Part shown: positions 37,816 to 45,596 of the stretch, one piece after another
How positions within the stretch are numbered: position 1 is the stretch's first letter
How the letters are laid out: every line of letters begins with the position of its first letter
Virus genome (UHGV): UHGV-0041314
Origin: a virus
Direction: 5' to 3' (one strand)
DNA: 64,000 bases
Program-made: the position numbers and the translations under genes
The notes under the pieces: generated by a model
The model's database searches: none
Told to the model about the DNA's origin: nothing
What the model saw: only the letters and a program-made list of their open reading frames with translations

Positions 37816-38280
37816 TTACTTTGGATATACACTGTCAAGATAAATGTCAGCTTCCATTCTACGTCTGTTTTTCAAGCCGTTTGAAGTGACCTTCTTACCT
37901 TTGACTGTAATCTTGTTCCACCACTGCATAGCTTCTGCACAACCTACCTTATTACCAGCATTGTGGCGCTTGATAAATGTAGAATCCTGCATAGCTGTGA
38001 TACCGATGTTGTATGTTTCACTTACAAGTGCATCGAACTCATTCTGAGAAGTTGGAACCTTGATAGCTTTGTTCACTGCTGCAACAAACTTTTCAACATC
38101 TGCGAGAAGATACTGTTCGGCTTGTTCAGCAGTAATTTTCATACCCATCTTAACAGGTTTACCAGAAATACTGGTTGTCCCATACCCAATTGTAGGGATT
38201 CCAGCAGAGTCTTCGTAAGCCTCTAACTTCAGACCTTCAAAGAACTTAATAGCTTCTAAACCTTTTCTTGAGAGTTGCAT
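37816..38280 (-). CDS. lysozyme / endolysin (glycoside hydrolase family 24, T4-lysozyme type)
   Basis: N-terminal FFEGLKLEAYEDSAGIPTIGYGTT matches the GH24 catalytic-region pattern; strong AGGAGG RBS. Confidence 0.8.
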   Translation of the reverse strand: MQLSRKGLEAIKFFEGLKLEAYEDSAGIPTIGYGTTSISGKPVKMGMKITAEQAEQYLLADVEKFVAAVNKAIKVPTSQNEFDALVSETYNIGITAMQDSTFIKRHNAGNKVGCAEAMQWWNKITVKGKKVTSNGLKNRRRMEADIYLDSVYPK

Positions 38281-39665
38281 TATTCCCCTCCTGCTGGGTT
38301 AACTGTAACTGTTGCTGCATTAGATGTTACAGAACCACCTGCACCAGTTACTACGCAAGTGTAGCTTCCTGCATCAGCAGTAGTTGCACCTTCTTTGGTG
38401 TAAGTTGCAGTCGTTGCGTCTGGGATGTCTTCCTCACCCTTCTTCCACTGATAACCTGTTGCACCTGTTGCTACAACGTTGAGTGTCAATGTCTCACCTT
38501 CGGTGATTTCCTGATTGGTTGGCTGTTGAGTGATTACCGGAAGTGCTTTAACAGTAACTGTTGCAGCATTAGACGTGACTGTTGTACCACCTGCGCCAGT
38601 AACTACACAGGTATATGCACCAGCGTCAGCAGGGGCTGCTTTAGCTTTCGTGTAAGTTGCACCAGTTGCGCTAGGGATGTTCACATTGTCTTTCTTCCAC
38701 TGGTAACCTGTTGCACCTGTAGCCTCAACACTCAGCGTCAAACTACTACCTTCATTGACTGCTTGGTTGGTTGGCTGCTTGGTAATCACTGGTAGAGAGT
38801 TTACTACAACAGTCGCAGGGCTAGAAGTAACAGAACCACCTGCACCAGTTACTACGCAAGTGTATGAGCCTGCATCTGTTGGCAGTGCGCCAGACTTGCT
38901 ATAGGTGGCTTCTGTAGCTGAAGGGATGTCAGAACCATCTTTCTTCCACTGGTAACCTGTTGCACCTGTTGCAGTTACTTCCAAGTTGATGTTTCCACCC
39001 TCATTAATGGTCTGGCTAGAAGGTTGCTTGGTAATCACTGGTAGTGCATTAACAGTAACTGTTGCCGCATCTGAAGTAACACTTGTTCCAGCCTCTCCAG
39101 ACACAACACAAGTGTATGAACCAGCATCAGAAGGTGCTACGGATTGTTTTGTGTAAGTTGCAGAGGTAGCACTGGAGATGTCCTCACCACCCTTCTTCCA
39201 CTGATATCCAGTGGCGTTAGTTGCAATAACACTTAGGGTAAGTGTTCCACCCTCATTGACCGTTTGGTTTGTTGGTTGTTGAGTAATTGCTGGTGGCTTA
39301 ATAGCATCCTTCAGCTTAGCATTCAACATTGAGAAAGGTTTAACTCTTGCCAGCCATTCACAGTAAATTGTGTCAACATCTTTACCGTTGATGATTGCAT
39401 ACTGTAAATCCATGAAGAAATCAGCAGTCCTCATCTGTGCACCAACACTGTAAAGGAGTTCATCACTAAAAGGGACTTTGTAGTCTGGTTTGTAGTCAAA
39501 CTTCTCAACCTCTGCAATATCAGCTTCAGGCCAATATGAGCTATAGGTGAGTGGTAAAATAGCTTCTTGATATGTTCTAAAATCATATCTCTTACCAGCC
39601 TTTACATTTGCGATGAAGCCCTTCACAAATTCTTTGAAGTCTGGGTAAGTCTTTGCTTTAATCAT
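38280..39665 (-). CDS. protein with conserved N-terminal domain plus four tandem Ig-like repeats
   Basis: four ~85-aa repeats, each with PxITxQPTNQ...ATGATGYQWKK...DAGSYTCVVTGAGG...ATVTV; N-terminal ~125 aa paralogous to next gene. Confidence 0.6.
   Translation of the reverse strand: MIKAKTYPDFKEFVKGFIANVKAGKRYDFRTYQEAILPLTYSSYWPEADIAEVEKFDYKPDYKVPFSDELLYSVGAQMRTADFFMDLQYAIINGKDVDTIYCEWLARVKPFSMLNAKLKDAIKPPAITQQPTNQTVNEGGTLTLSVIATNATGYQWKKGGEDISSATSATYTKQSVAPSDAGSYTCVVSGEAGTSVTSDAATVTVNALPVITKQPSSQTINEGGNINLEVTATGATGYQWKKDGSDIPSATEATYSKSGALPTDAGSYTCVVTGAGGSVTSSPATVVVNSLPVITKQPTNQAVNEGSSLTLSVEATGATGYQWKKDNVNIPSATGATYTKAKAAPADAGAYTCVVTGAGGTTVTSNAATVTVKALPVITQQPTNQEITEGETLTLNVVATGATGYQWKKGEEDIPDATTATYTKEGATTADAGSYTCVVTGAGGSVTSNAATVTVNPAGGE
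38290..39300 (-). repeat. four tandem ~255-bp DNA repeats encoding Ig-like domains
   Basis: repeating nucleotide blocks matching the four protein-level repeats of 38280..39665. Confidence 0.55.
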
Positions 39666-40033
39666 TTCTTTTTAGCCTCTAAACGTGCGTTTAATCTGAA
39701 ATAGCCTTTGTGTTGTGGAGACACATCACTAACAACAATACCTTCAACTTTATAACCCTTACCAATTACATACTGGATATCCATAAGAAACGTACCAAGC
39801 CCAACAATGTGGAACATTGGGTATAGTAACTTATCTGAATCTGGAAGTTTGATGTCTGGGTTATAGGTAGGTTGCTCGGCAGTTGGTGTAATATCCTCTT
39901 CAGGCCATCTACTCATTCTCCATGTTAAAGGTGATGAAATAACATCGTTAAGATTGTATTTTTCACCATTCTCCACGGAGCGGATATAGGATTGTAGGAA
40001 GCAATAAAAGTCTTTTGCACTCTTAGCCTTCAT
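39662..40033 (-). CDS. paralog of the N-terminal domain of the Ig-like repeat protein
   Basis: shared pattern MxKAK...WPExDI...YxPDxKxPxSDxLLY...FxMDxQYxIxxGK with 38280..39665. Confidence 0.45.
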   Translation of the reverse strand: MKAKSAKDFYCFLQSYIRSVENGEKYNLNDVISSPLTWRMSRWPEEDITPTAEQPTYNPDIKLPDSDKLLYPMFHIVGLGTFLMDIQYVIGKGYKVEGIVVSDVSPQHKGYFRLNARLEAKKK

Positions 40034-40080
40034 TAAATATCCTTATAAATAGATAAAGGGGCGTTAGCCCCTGTTTATAC

Positions 40081-40671
40081 TTAAGCTTTGGTCTTAAGTA
40101 GGTTCTTAAGCTTTTTGAGATTCATGCTCTCGTCAAACTTAAAACCAAATCCATTGACATAATCAATGAACTCGGATTTCTTACTAAGTGATAGTGCGTA
40201 ACTCATATCAAAGTTATTACTTGTTTCTGCGTCTGGACTAGAGTTCACATCAAATGAAATTTCTGTAGGTTCTTGTTTGCTGCTTCTCATATTATCAATC
40301 AATAGACAGGTATAGTTTGCTGGATAGAAGTTAACACTCCCGTCAACATACCCATACTTATTATTGTGAATGAGGCTGGAAAATACCTTAAGAAATGTTT
40401 CTGCGTCGTGGCATACAAGTTTGAATTGACTACATTCACCAAGAGCCACTAAAGAGTAAGGACTTTCACTATCAATGTCATAATTCGGATTTGATGTTGT
40501 AACCGTCACACGCATCAGGTTATTGGCGATAGTCTTCTGCTTAAAAGAATTTGGAACATAGTGAAGACCTCTGTCACATTGATTAACTAACTCTTTCAAT
40601 AGGTCGTTTGCATATGGTGAATTAATTGATACAGAGCCATCACTATTGTAATTAAAACTTACTGTTAACAT
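40081..40671 (-). CDS. hypothetical protein
   Basis: track ORF; AGGAGA RBS. Confidence 0.4.
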   Translation of the reverse strand: MLTVSFNYNSDGSVSINSPYANDLLKELVNQCDRGLHYVPNSFKQKTIANNLMRVTVTTSNPNYDIDSESPYSLVALGECSQFKLVCHDAETFLKVFSSLIHNNKYGYVDGSVNFYPANYTCLLIDNMRSSKQEPTEISFDVNSSPDAETSNNFDMSYALSLSKKSEFIDYVNGFGFKFDESMNLKKLKNLLKTKA

Positions 40672-40898
40672 TTTTCAGTTCTCCTGCGATTTATAATTTT
40701 GCTGCAATAGAGAAACGAAGTAAACTCACTGGAAGAAACCATTAAGTGTTGTTCACTAGATTGAGCCATTGCCCTGAAATACATTCCAGTCAAAGCATCA
40801 TAGTGACTATTCTTTCCAATTGAGGTTATATAGCCATGACTCTTTGCAGTTTGATATAAATCTATAATATCTGCGATTTCTAATTGGGAACTACACAT
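40665..40898 (-). CDS. hypothetical protein
   Basis: track ORF; AAGAGGA RBS. Confidence 0.4.
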   Translation of the reverse strand: MCSSQLEIADIIDLYQTAKSHGYITSIGKNSHYDALTGMYFRAMAQSSEQHLMVSSSEFTSFLYCSKIINRRRTEKC

Positions 40899-41041
40899 AG
40901 ATAATCCTCTTGTCTTCTGTAATTTTGAAAGAACAGGTACAGACCAATTTCAGAGGATGAATAGTAGAGTAACTCTACCCTTTTTGATTCCTTACAGTGA
41001 TTGGTATTTTTACCTTTCTTCGGGTTATTTGATTTTCTCAT
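40880..41041 (-). CDS. small basic hypothetical protein (53 aa)
   Basis: track ORF 40880..41062 starts at TTG; ATG 41041 with AAGGAGA RBS; first gene of minus-strand block. Confidence 0.35.
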   Translation of the reverse strand: MRKSNNPKKGKNTNHCKESKRVELLYYSSSEIGLYLFFQNYRRQEDYLCVVPN

Positions 41042-41062
41042 TAAGTCTCCTTTGTAGAACAA

Positions 41063-41290
41063 GGCAGACCTACAGCTTTAAGTAAGATGGTACAGTAATC
41101 CATACAACAAGTCAAGAACTATTGCAAGTTAAAAAAGTTGTTGACAAAGTACTTGACAAGGTGTAGGCTTATAAATACTTAGAAGATAACTTAAAAGGTT
41201 CCTCTAAAAAGGCTATTTAAACAGATATCTTTCTGGATATCTATCTTTTATCTTAAAAGCCTTTTAAGAGGTCTTATAAGAGGCATACCA
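41063..41290. promoter_or_regulatory. divergent promoter region between minus- and plus-strand blocks
   Basis: 228-bp gap between divergent genes; two TTGACA hexamers (41141-41146, 41153-41158); TTAAGAG/CTTATAAG motifs shared with the 31.6-33.2 kb repeat region. Confidence 0.45.
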
Positions 41291-41662
41291 ATGAAAAACA
41301 GAACAAACAAAGGCCAGTTTAAAAAAGGCCAATCTGGAAACCCATCTGGAAGACCAAAAGGCTCTCGTAACAAAAGCTCACTTGTAAAAGCTCAACTGAC
41401 CATTGATAATTCTGCTGAGTTCGCTGCAAAGCTGTTTGAGGCGATTGTTACAAGGGACGCTGCTAAGCTTGCAGAGTTCGGGTTAAACACAGACGATGTA
41501 ACCATCAAGAGCATGATTGAGGTCGGTAAAACCATCTTTACTCACTCAGCAGGTGAGATGAAAGCACTTGCAGCAGACACTAAGAAAACCCCTGATAATG
41601 GCGGTCAGCCACAGACAGATAACAAACCAACGTTCTCTGCTGTAGCGACTCTCAAAAAATAA
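41291..41662 (+). CDS. hypothetical protein with N-terminal GNPSGRPKG motif
   Basis: FKKGQSGNPSGRPKGSRNK; AAGAGG RBS; first plus-strand gene after divergent region. Confidence 0.35.
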   Translation: MKNRTNKGQFKKGQSGNPSGRPKGSRNKSSLVKAQLTIDNSAEFAAKLFEAIVTRDAAKLAEFGLNTDDVTIKSMIEVGKTIFTHSAGEMKALAADTKKTPDNGGQPQTDNKPTFSAVATLKK

Positions 41663-41743
41663 TTTTAAAAGGTGTTGACAGACTCTACAGAGTTGCTCTA
41701 AAGTCTGTCACATCAAACAACAAATGAGAGAAGAGAGTAAAAT

Positions 41744-43159
41744 ATGAGCGAATTATTTAAACATGCGCACCTTCATGCAGGTCGAACTGAAAATGGTGCT
41801 GTAAACCATACTTCATCAATGTCTGCTCTTGTGGACTTTTACAAAGCTGCTGGTTCCAGCCGTAGCAATGTAGAAATCTTACCAGACTTGTTCTACAAAG
41901 CTTTGCGTGAGGATGTTGATGTTGCAGTTCGTATTTTGCTTCACATGCGAGATGTACGAGAAGGTATGGGCGAGCGTAAAGCCTTCAGAACTGTTTTACT
42001 TCAAGCAATCGAAGATAAAGTTTTAGAGCCTACGCAGGTTCTTCGTATTATGGATAAGATTGCAGAACTTGGTCGTTTTGATGACTTCAAAATCTTCGTA
42101 GGTACTCGTTTTGAGACAGATGCCTTCAAACATTTAGAAGCAGCATTACTAGACCCTGCAACAGCAGGTTTAGCAGCCAAGTGGTTACCACGAGTAAAAC
42201 CACGACACAAACAGTTTGTAAAACGTTTCTGCAAGTTTGCTAACTTAAGTGAGAAAGAGTACCGCACACTGTTGTCTGCACTGTCTGATACGGTTGAGCA
42301 AAAAATCTCTGCTAATGAGTTTGGTAAGATTGACTACAGCAAGATTCCTTCACTCGCTGCTGCACGTTACCAAAAACTCTTTAACCGTAAAGATGGGGAA
42401 CGTTACAAAGCTTACATTGAGTCACTCTCAAAGGGTGAGGCTAAGATTAACGCTGGTGCTGTTTACCCATATGATGTGATTAAATCTATTAAGTATGGTA
42501 ATGCAGATGTTGCGAATGAGCAGTGGAAAGCACTGCCAAACTGGATGGCAGAGGGTGAAAACATCTTGTGTATGACTGATGTTTCATGTTCAATGTCTTG
42601 GGTGAATCTTGGCTCAATCACTGCCCTTGATATTGGTGTATCCCTTGCCTTGTATGTAGCAGAACGCAATACGGGTTGCTTTAAGAATGAGTTAATGGTT
42701 TATTCAACAAACCCTCATTTTATCGAACTGAGTGGTGATTTACGAAACCGTCATCGTCAGGTAATGCGTCATGTTGAATATGGCTCAACTAACTTACAAG
42801 CAGCTTTTGACCGCATTCTTGAGGTAGGTAAGCGAAACAACTTGACTCAGAAAGATATGCCAAGTAAGCTTATTATCTTCTCTGATATGGAGTTCAATCA
42901 GGTTGATGGAGCTAACGGTCGTACAAACTTTGAAGCAATTCAGAGTAAGTACAAAAAAGCTGGATACGAAATGCCACAACTAGTATTCTGGTACTTAGCA
43001 AACCGTAATGGTACTTGCGAAGTATCTGTTAAGGATAATGGTGTAGCAATGGTATCAGGGTTCTCTCCAGCCACTTTAAAAGCTCTGCTTGGTGGTGAGA
43101 AGTTTGACCCAATCAGCGTAATGCTCAAAGCAGTAATGATTGACCGTTACATCTGGTAA
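41744..43159 (+). CDS. vWA-domain protein with MIDAS motif; possible Ro60/Rsr (TROVE+vWA)-like RNA-binding protein
   Basis: 471 aa; MIDAS-like TDVSCSMS near residue 280 after ~270-aa N-terminal region; immediately upstream of the tRNA/structured-RNA cluster. Confidence 0.3.
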   Translation: MSELFKHAHLHAGRTENGAVNHTSSMSALVDFYKAAGSSRSNVEILPDLFYKALREDVDVAVRILLHMRDVREGMGERKAFRTVLLQAIEDKVLEPTQVLRIMDKIAELGRFDDFKIFVGTRFETDAFKHLEAALLDPATAGLAAKWLPRVKPRHKQFVKRFCKFANLSEKEYRTLLSALSDTVEQKISANEFGKIDYSKIPSLAAARYQKLFNRKDGERYKAYIESLSKGEAKINAGAVYPYDVIKSIKYGNADVANEQWKALPNWMAEGENILCMTDVSCSMSWVNLGSITALDIGVSLALYVAERNTGCFKNELMVYSTNPHFIELSGDLRNRHRQVMRHVEYGSTNLQAAFDRILEVGKRNNLTQKDMPSKLIIFSDMEFNQVDGANGRTNFEAIQSKYKKAGYEMPQLVFWYLANRNGTCEVSVKDNGVAMVSGFSPATLKALLGGEKFDPISVMLKAVMIDRYIW

Positions 43160-43177
43160 AAAGTTTTAAAAAGGGTA

Positions 43178-43206
43178 TTGACAATGTGTTTGATACCCTT
43201 TAATAT
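43178..43206 (+). promoter_or_regulatory. sigma70-like promoter at the head of the tRNA cluster
   Basis: TTGACA - 17 bp - TAATAT. Confidence 0.55.
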
Positions 43207-43429
43207 GTTCTACATAGAAACGAAATGAGAGCTTTTCTAAGATACTGAAAAATATTTTAAAAAAGTTCTTGACAACCACTAAAAAATAATGTTAAAGTGG
43301 TTACATAGAGTTTGAAAATGACAGTACTGACCGGAACATCGAAAGATGGGTACTGCGCCGGGGTTTTACACCCTCCCAGCCTGAGAGCGGGATAACCAAA
43401 GGAAAGACCGAATTTATTAAGAAGTTTAT

Positions 43430-43506
43430 CTCTGTTTAGCTCAGCTTGGTAGAGCGTTCCGTTTGGGGCGGTAAGGCCGGAGGTTCAAGTCCTCCAACAG
43501 AGACCA
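43430..43506 (+). tRNA. tRNA-Pro (anticodon UGG)
   Basis: cloverleaf by eye: acceptor CTCTGTT/AACAGAG, anticodon loop TTTGGGG, T-arm GGAGG-TTCAAGT-CCTCC, CCA encoded. Confidence 0.65.
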
Positions 43507-43513
43507 AATTAAT

Positions 43514-43591
43514 GTTCCAGTAGACAAAATGGTAAAGTCACCACTCTTTCAAAGTGGATATTTGAGGGTTCAAATCCCTTCTGGAACGCCA
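43514..43591 (+). tRNA. tRNA-Glu (anticodon UUC)
   Basis: acceptor GTTCCAG/CTGGAAC, anticodon arm CCACT-CTTTCAA-AGTGG, CCA encoded. Confidence 0.7.
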
Positions 43592-43596
43592 GTTTT

Positions 43597-43672
43597 GACA
43601 GAAGACCAATTGCAGCAAACTTAATCTTATTCATCTGAAGGTAAATCGGACAAAGAAGAGATTTGGTCTGGT
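43597..43672 (+). ncRNA. structured RNA element, bulged-helix family member 1
   Basis: CAGAAGACCAA...TTGGTCTGG long-range pairing with 2-nt bulge enclosing ~55 nt A/U-rich sequence containing CAGCAA. Confidence 0.3.
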
Positions 43673-43682
43673 CATTAAGAAT

Positions 43683-43759
43683 TGCGGGTATAGAGAAAGG
43701 GCGTCTCACATGTCTCATTAGCATGGTATCGGCAGGTTCGACTCCTGCACCCGCCTCCA
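43683..43759 (+). tRNA. tRNA with CAU anticodon (Met or Ile2), irregular 5' half
   Basis: T-arm GCAGG-TTCGACT-CCTGC and CCA clear; anticodon arm CATGT-CTCATTA-GCATG; 1-72 mismatch; extra nt before D-stem. Confidence 0.45.
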
Positions 43760-43763
43760 AATT

Positions 43764-43832
43764 TACAGAAGACCGTTTACAGCAATATTTATTAAATTTT
43801 TAGCGGAAAAATTGAAAGATACGGTCTGGTAA
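43764..43832 (+). ncRNA. structured RNA element, bulged-helix family member 2
   Basis: CAGAAGACCGT...ACGGTCTGG pairing; conserved TTTACAGCAA after 5' strand. Confidence 0.3.
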
Positions 43833-43842
43833 TACTAAACAT

Positions 43843-43919
43843 GGTTAGGAAGCACATAAGGTATGTGCGGTCGCCTGTTAAGCGAATGGCACAGGGTTCG
43901 AATCCCTGACTAACCGCCA
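43843..43919 (+). tRNA. tRNA-Asn (anticodon GUU)
   Basis: acceptor GGTTAGG/ACTAACC, anticodon loop CTGTTAA, T-arm CAGGG-TTCGAAT-CCCTG, CCA. Confidence 0.7.
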
Positions 43920-43988
43920 AATTTAGGAGAGAAGCGATTGCTCACCGATTTGTAAGGTGCAAGTCCTTAGCCTGAATAGAAATTAAAT

Positions 43989-44076
43989 GTGTCGTTATCC
44001 CGTAGATGGTAGCGGTGGGGACTGTAAATCCCTTGTCATTGAGACTCGGTAGGTTCGACTCCTACACGGCACACCA
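43989..44076 (+). tRNA. tRNA-Tyr (anticodon GUA), long variable arm
   Basis: 88 nt; anticodon arm GGGGA-CTGTAAA-TCCCT; variable arm GTC/GAC; T-arm GTAGG-TTCGACT-CCTAC; CCA. Confidence 0.65.
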
Positions 44077-44082
44077 AATAAA

Positions 44083-44160
44083 GGTTATGTAGTTTAATCT
44101 GGTTAAAATACTCCCCTGTCACGGGAGATGATGAGGGTTCGAATCCCTTCGTAACCGCCA
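44083..44160 (+). tRNA. tRNA-Asp (anticodon GUC)
   Basis: acceptor GGTTATG/CGTAACC, anticodon arm CTCCC-CTGTCAC-GGGAG, CCA. Confidence 0.75.
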
Positions 44161-44245
44161 AATTATAATAAGTATTTCAAAATGATGTTTTGAGAGGGCT
44201 ATTTAGCCCCTCCCTTAAAGAGTTCTTACGAGTATTCTTTAAAGG

Positions 44246-44322
44246 AGCAGAAGACCAAATTCAGCAAGTTACTTAAAATTTCAAGCCAATTTAATTTTGA
44301 AAAATTTAAAACTTGGTCTGGC
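44246..44322 (+). ncRNA. structured RNA element, bulged-helix family member 3
   Basis: CAGAAGACCAA...TTGGTCTGG pairing; AATTCAGCAA after 5' strand. Confidence 0.3.
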
Positions 44323-44332
44323 TCAACAAATT

Positions 44333-44468
44333 TACAGAAGACCGTTTACAGCAAACTTTAAACAATCTATTTCTCCGGTAAAGAAAAGGCGAAGGTTCGA
44401 TTCCTTCACTCGGCAGATGTCGAGTTGGTGTAATGGTAGCACTTAAGATGATAAACAACGGTCTGGTA
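44333..44468 (+). ncRNA. structured RNA with circularly permuted tRNA-like module inside a long bulged helix (Y-RNA/YrlA-like candidate)
   Basis: outer helix CAGAAGACCG (44335-44344) / CGGTCTGG (44459-44466); inside, T-arm GAAGG-TTCGATT-CCTTC then acceptor 3' strand ACTCGGC, 4-nt turn, acceptor 5' strand GTCGAGT and D-arm-like TGGTGTAATGGTAGCAC. Confidence 0.4.
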
Positions 44469-44475
44469 ATTATCT

Positions 44476-44604
44476 TTGTAGATAAGTTATTAAGCTTACC
44501 TGTGAGTATGCGACCACAAAGGGTGAAAGGGTAAATTCTAGATTTAAACCCAACAAGGCACATCGCTACAGACCTTAAGCAAGTCTGGGTAGCTTATCTA
44601 CAAA
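44476..44604 (+). ncRNA. structured RNA candidate enclosed by a 10-bp long-range helix
   Basis: TGTAGATAAG (44477-44486) pairs with CTTATCTACA (44595-44604); internal CAGACC...GTCTGG hairpin. Confidence 0.25.
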
Positions 44605-44615
44605 GATGATTTAAT

Positions 44616-44691
44616 GGAAGTGTAGCAGAATGGTGATGCGGCAGACTTTTAATCTGACAGGCGATGGGTTCGAATCCCTCCACTTCTACCA
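44616..44691 (+). tRNA. tRNA-Lys (anticodon UUU)
   Basis: acceptor GGAAGTG/CACTTCT, anticodon loop CTTTTAA; weak T-stem; CCA. Confidence 0.55.
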
Positions 44692-44695
44692 ATAT

Positions 44696-44772
44696 GGTTC
44701 AGTCGCAGATAAGGTAATGCAGGGGTTTCATAAGCCCTATGAATGTGGGTTCGATTCCCATCTGAACCTCCA
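44696..44772 (+). tRNA. tRNA with CAU anticodon (Met/fMet/Ile2)
   Basis: acceptor GGTTCAG/CTGAACC perfect; anticodon arm GGGGT-TTCATAA-GCCCT (G-C rich); T-arm GTGGG-TTCGATT-CCCAT; CCA. Confidence 0.65.
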
Positions 44773-44773
44773 A

Positions 44774-44849
44774 GCTGGTATAGTTAAGAAGGTTATAACA
44801 CTCCCCTGATAAGGGAACATCGGTGGTTCGATTCCACCTACCAGTACCA
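44774..44849 (+). tRNA. tRNA-Ile (anticodon GAU)
   Basis: anticodon loop CTGATAA; T-arm GGTGG-TTCGATT-CCACC; CCA. Confidence 0.7.
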
Positions 44850-44864
44850 ATTTCAATAAAGTTG

Positions 44865-44893
44865 TTGACATTGAGATGTGACGACTTTATAGT
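44865..44893 (+). promoter_or_regulatory. sigma70-like promoter inside the tRNA cluster
   Basis: TTGACA - 17 bp - TATAGT. Confidence 0.55.
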
Positions 44894-45187
44894 AACTGAA
44901 AATGATTCAGTATATGTATAATTCAAACACCAATACATGAGCGTTAGACGTAACACAATGTGGGGAAATTTGTTGTACATATTCTGAATAGTTTTCGTTG
45001 CGTAGCGTCTATTTTGCAAATTTAAAATAAATGCAAACGACAATGTTTTTCTGGCAGTAGCTTGATAGGCTAAACACCAGTGAGGTCTTCCAATCCCTCA
45101 TCAAAGAATTTGGCGTACTAGCCCACGGTATGATTAATAAGGTGGGCATCTTTAAGGGCTTTCTAAGAGAGTCTTTAAAGATAATTA

Positions 45188-45269
45188 CGGGGCGTATCTC
45201 AGCGGTCTTCTAAACCGCCGTTAACCGAGTAAGTGGAGTATGCGGGTTCGAGTCCTGCCGCCTCGACCA
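45188..45269 (+). tRNA. tRNA-like gene with irregular 5' half; anticodon undetermined (possibly UCU)
   Basis: canonical T-arm GCGGG-TTCGAGT-CCTGC, acceptor 3' strand and CCA; D/anticodon region does not fold as a standard cloverleaf by eye. Confidence 0.35.
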
Positions 45270-45412
45270 ATTTAGTTAGCAGATTGCTTAGACGACCTTA
45301 TCGGGTCTCCGTGTAAGGAGGTGGTCTGTATCTCATGTTTTCCAGAACATGTAAATAATCTGAGAAGGGGCTTTACAGTGTTGCGAAAATACGGTAAGCT
45401 TCGAATTACAGT

Positions 45413-45495
45413 ATGGGACGATGTTAAGACTCTAAGGCATGAGCAACGGCCTCCAAAACCGTTTCAAAGGGGTTCAACTCCTCCGTCCCATGCCA
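45413..45495 (+). tRNA. tRNA-Trp-like (anticodon CCA) with ~7 extra nt between acceptor and D-arm
   Basis: 3' two-thirds canonical (ACGGC-CTCCAAA-ACCGT, T-arm, GTCCCAT, CCA); 5' acceptor strand ATGGGAC displaced upstream. Confidence 0.4.
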
Positions 45496-45508
45496 AAGTC
45501 TTATTAGG

Positions 45509-45596
45509 GGTAGGTAGCGGCTAATGGTAGCCAAACTGTCTTGAAAACAGTTGCCACTGTAGAGATACGGTGAGGGTTCGACTCCTTTACTTACCG
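45509..45596 (+). tRNA. tRNA-Ser (anticodon UGA), long variable arm
   Basis: anticodon arm ACTGT-CTTGAAA-ACAGT; T-arm GAGGG-TTCGACT-CCTTT; 3' end encodes CC only. Confidence 0.6.

Noticed and set aside
38268-38795. 175-aa Cys-rich plus-strand ORF
   Set aside because: Antisense to the Ig-like repeat gene; the Cys richness is a by-product of reading repeated GCA/ACA-rich codons backwards.
43300-43429. GC-rich leader upstream of the first tRNA as a possible tRNA or riboswitch
   Set aside because: No T-loop, acceptor pairing or recognisable riboswitch motif by eye; kept only as part of the cluster leader.
43920-43988. Possible additional tRNA between tRNA-Asn and tRNA-Tyr (AAGG-TGCAAGT-CCTT T-arm-like hairpin)
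   Set aside because: T-loop is non-canonical (TGC instead of TTC), no complementary acceptor strands and no CCA end could be found.
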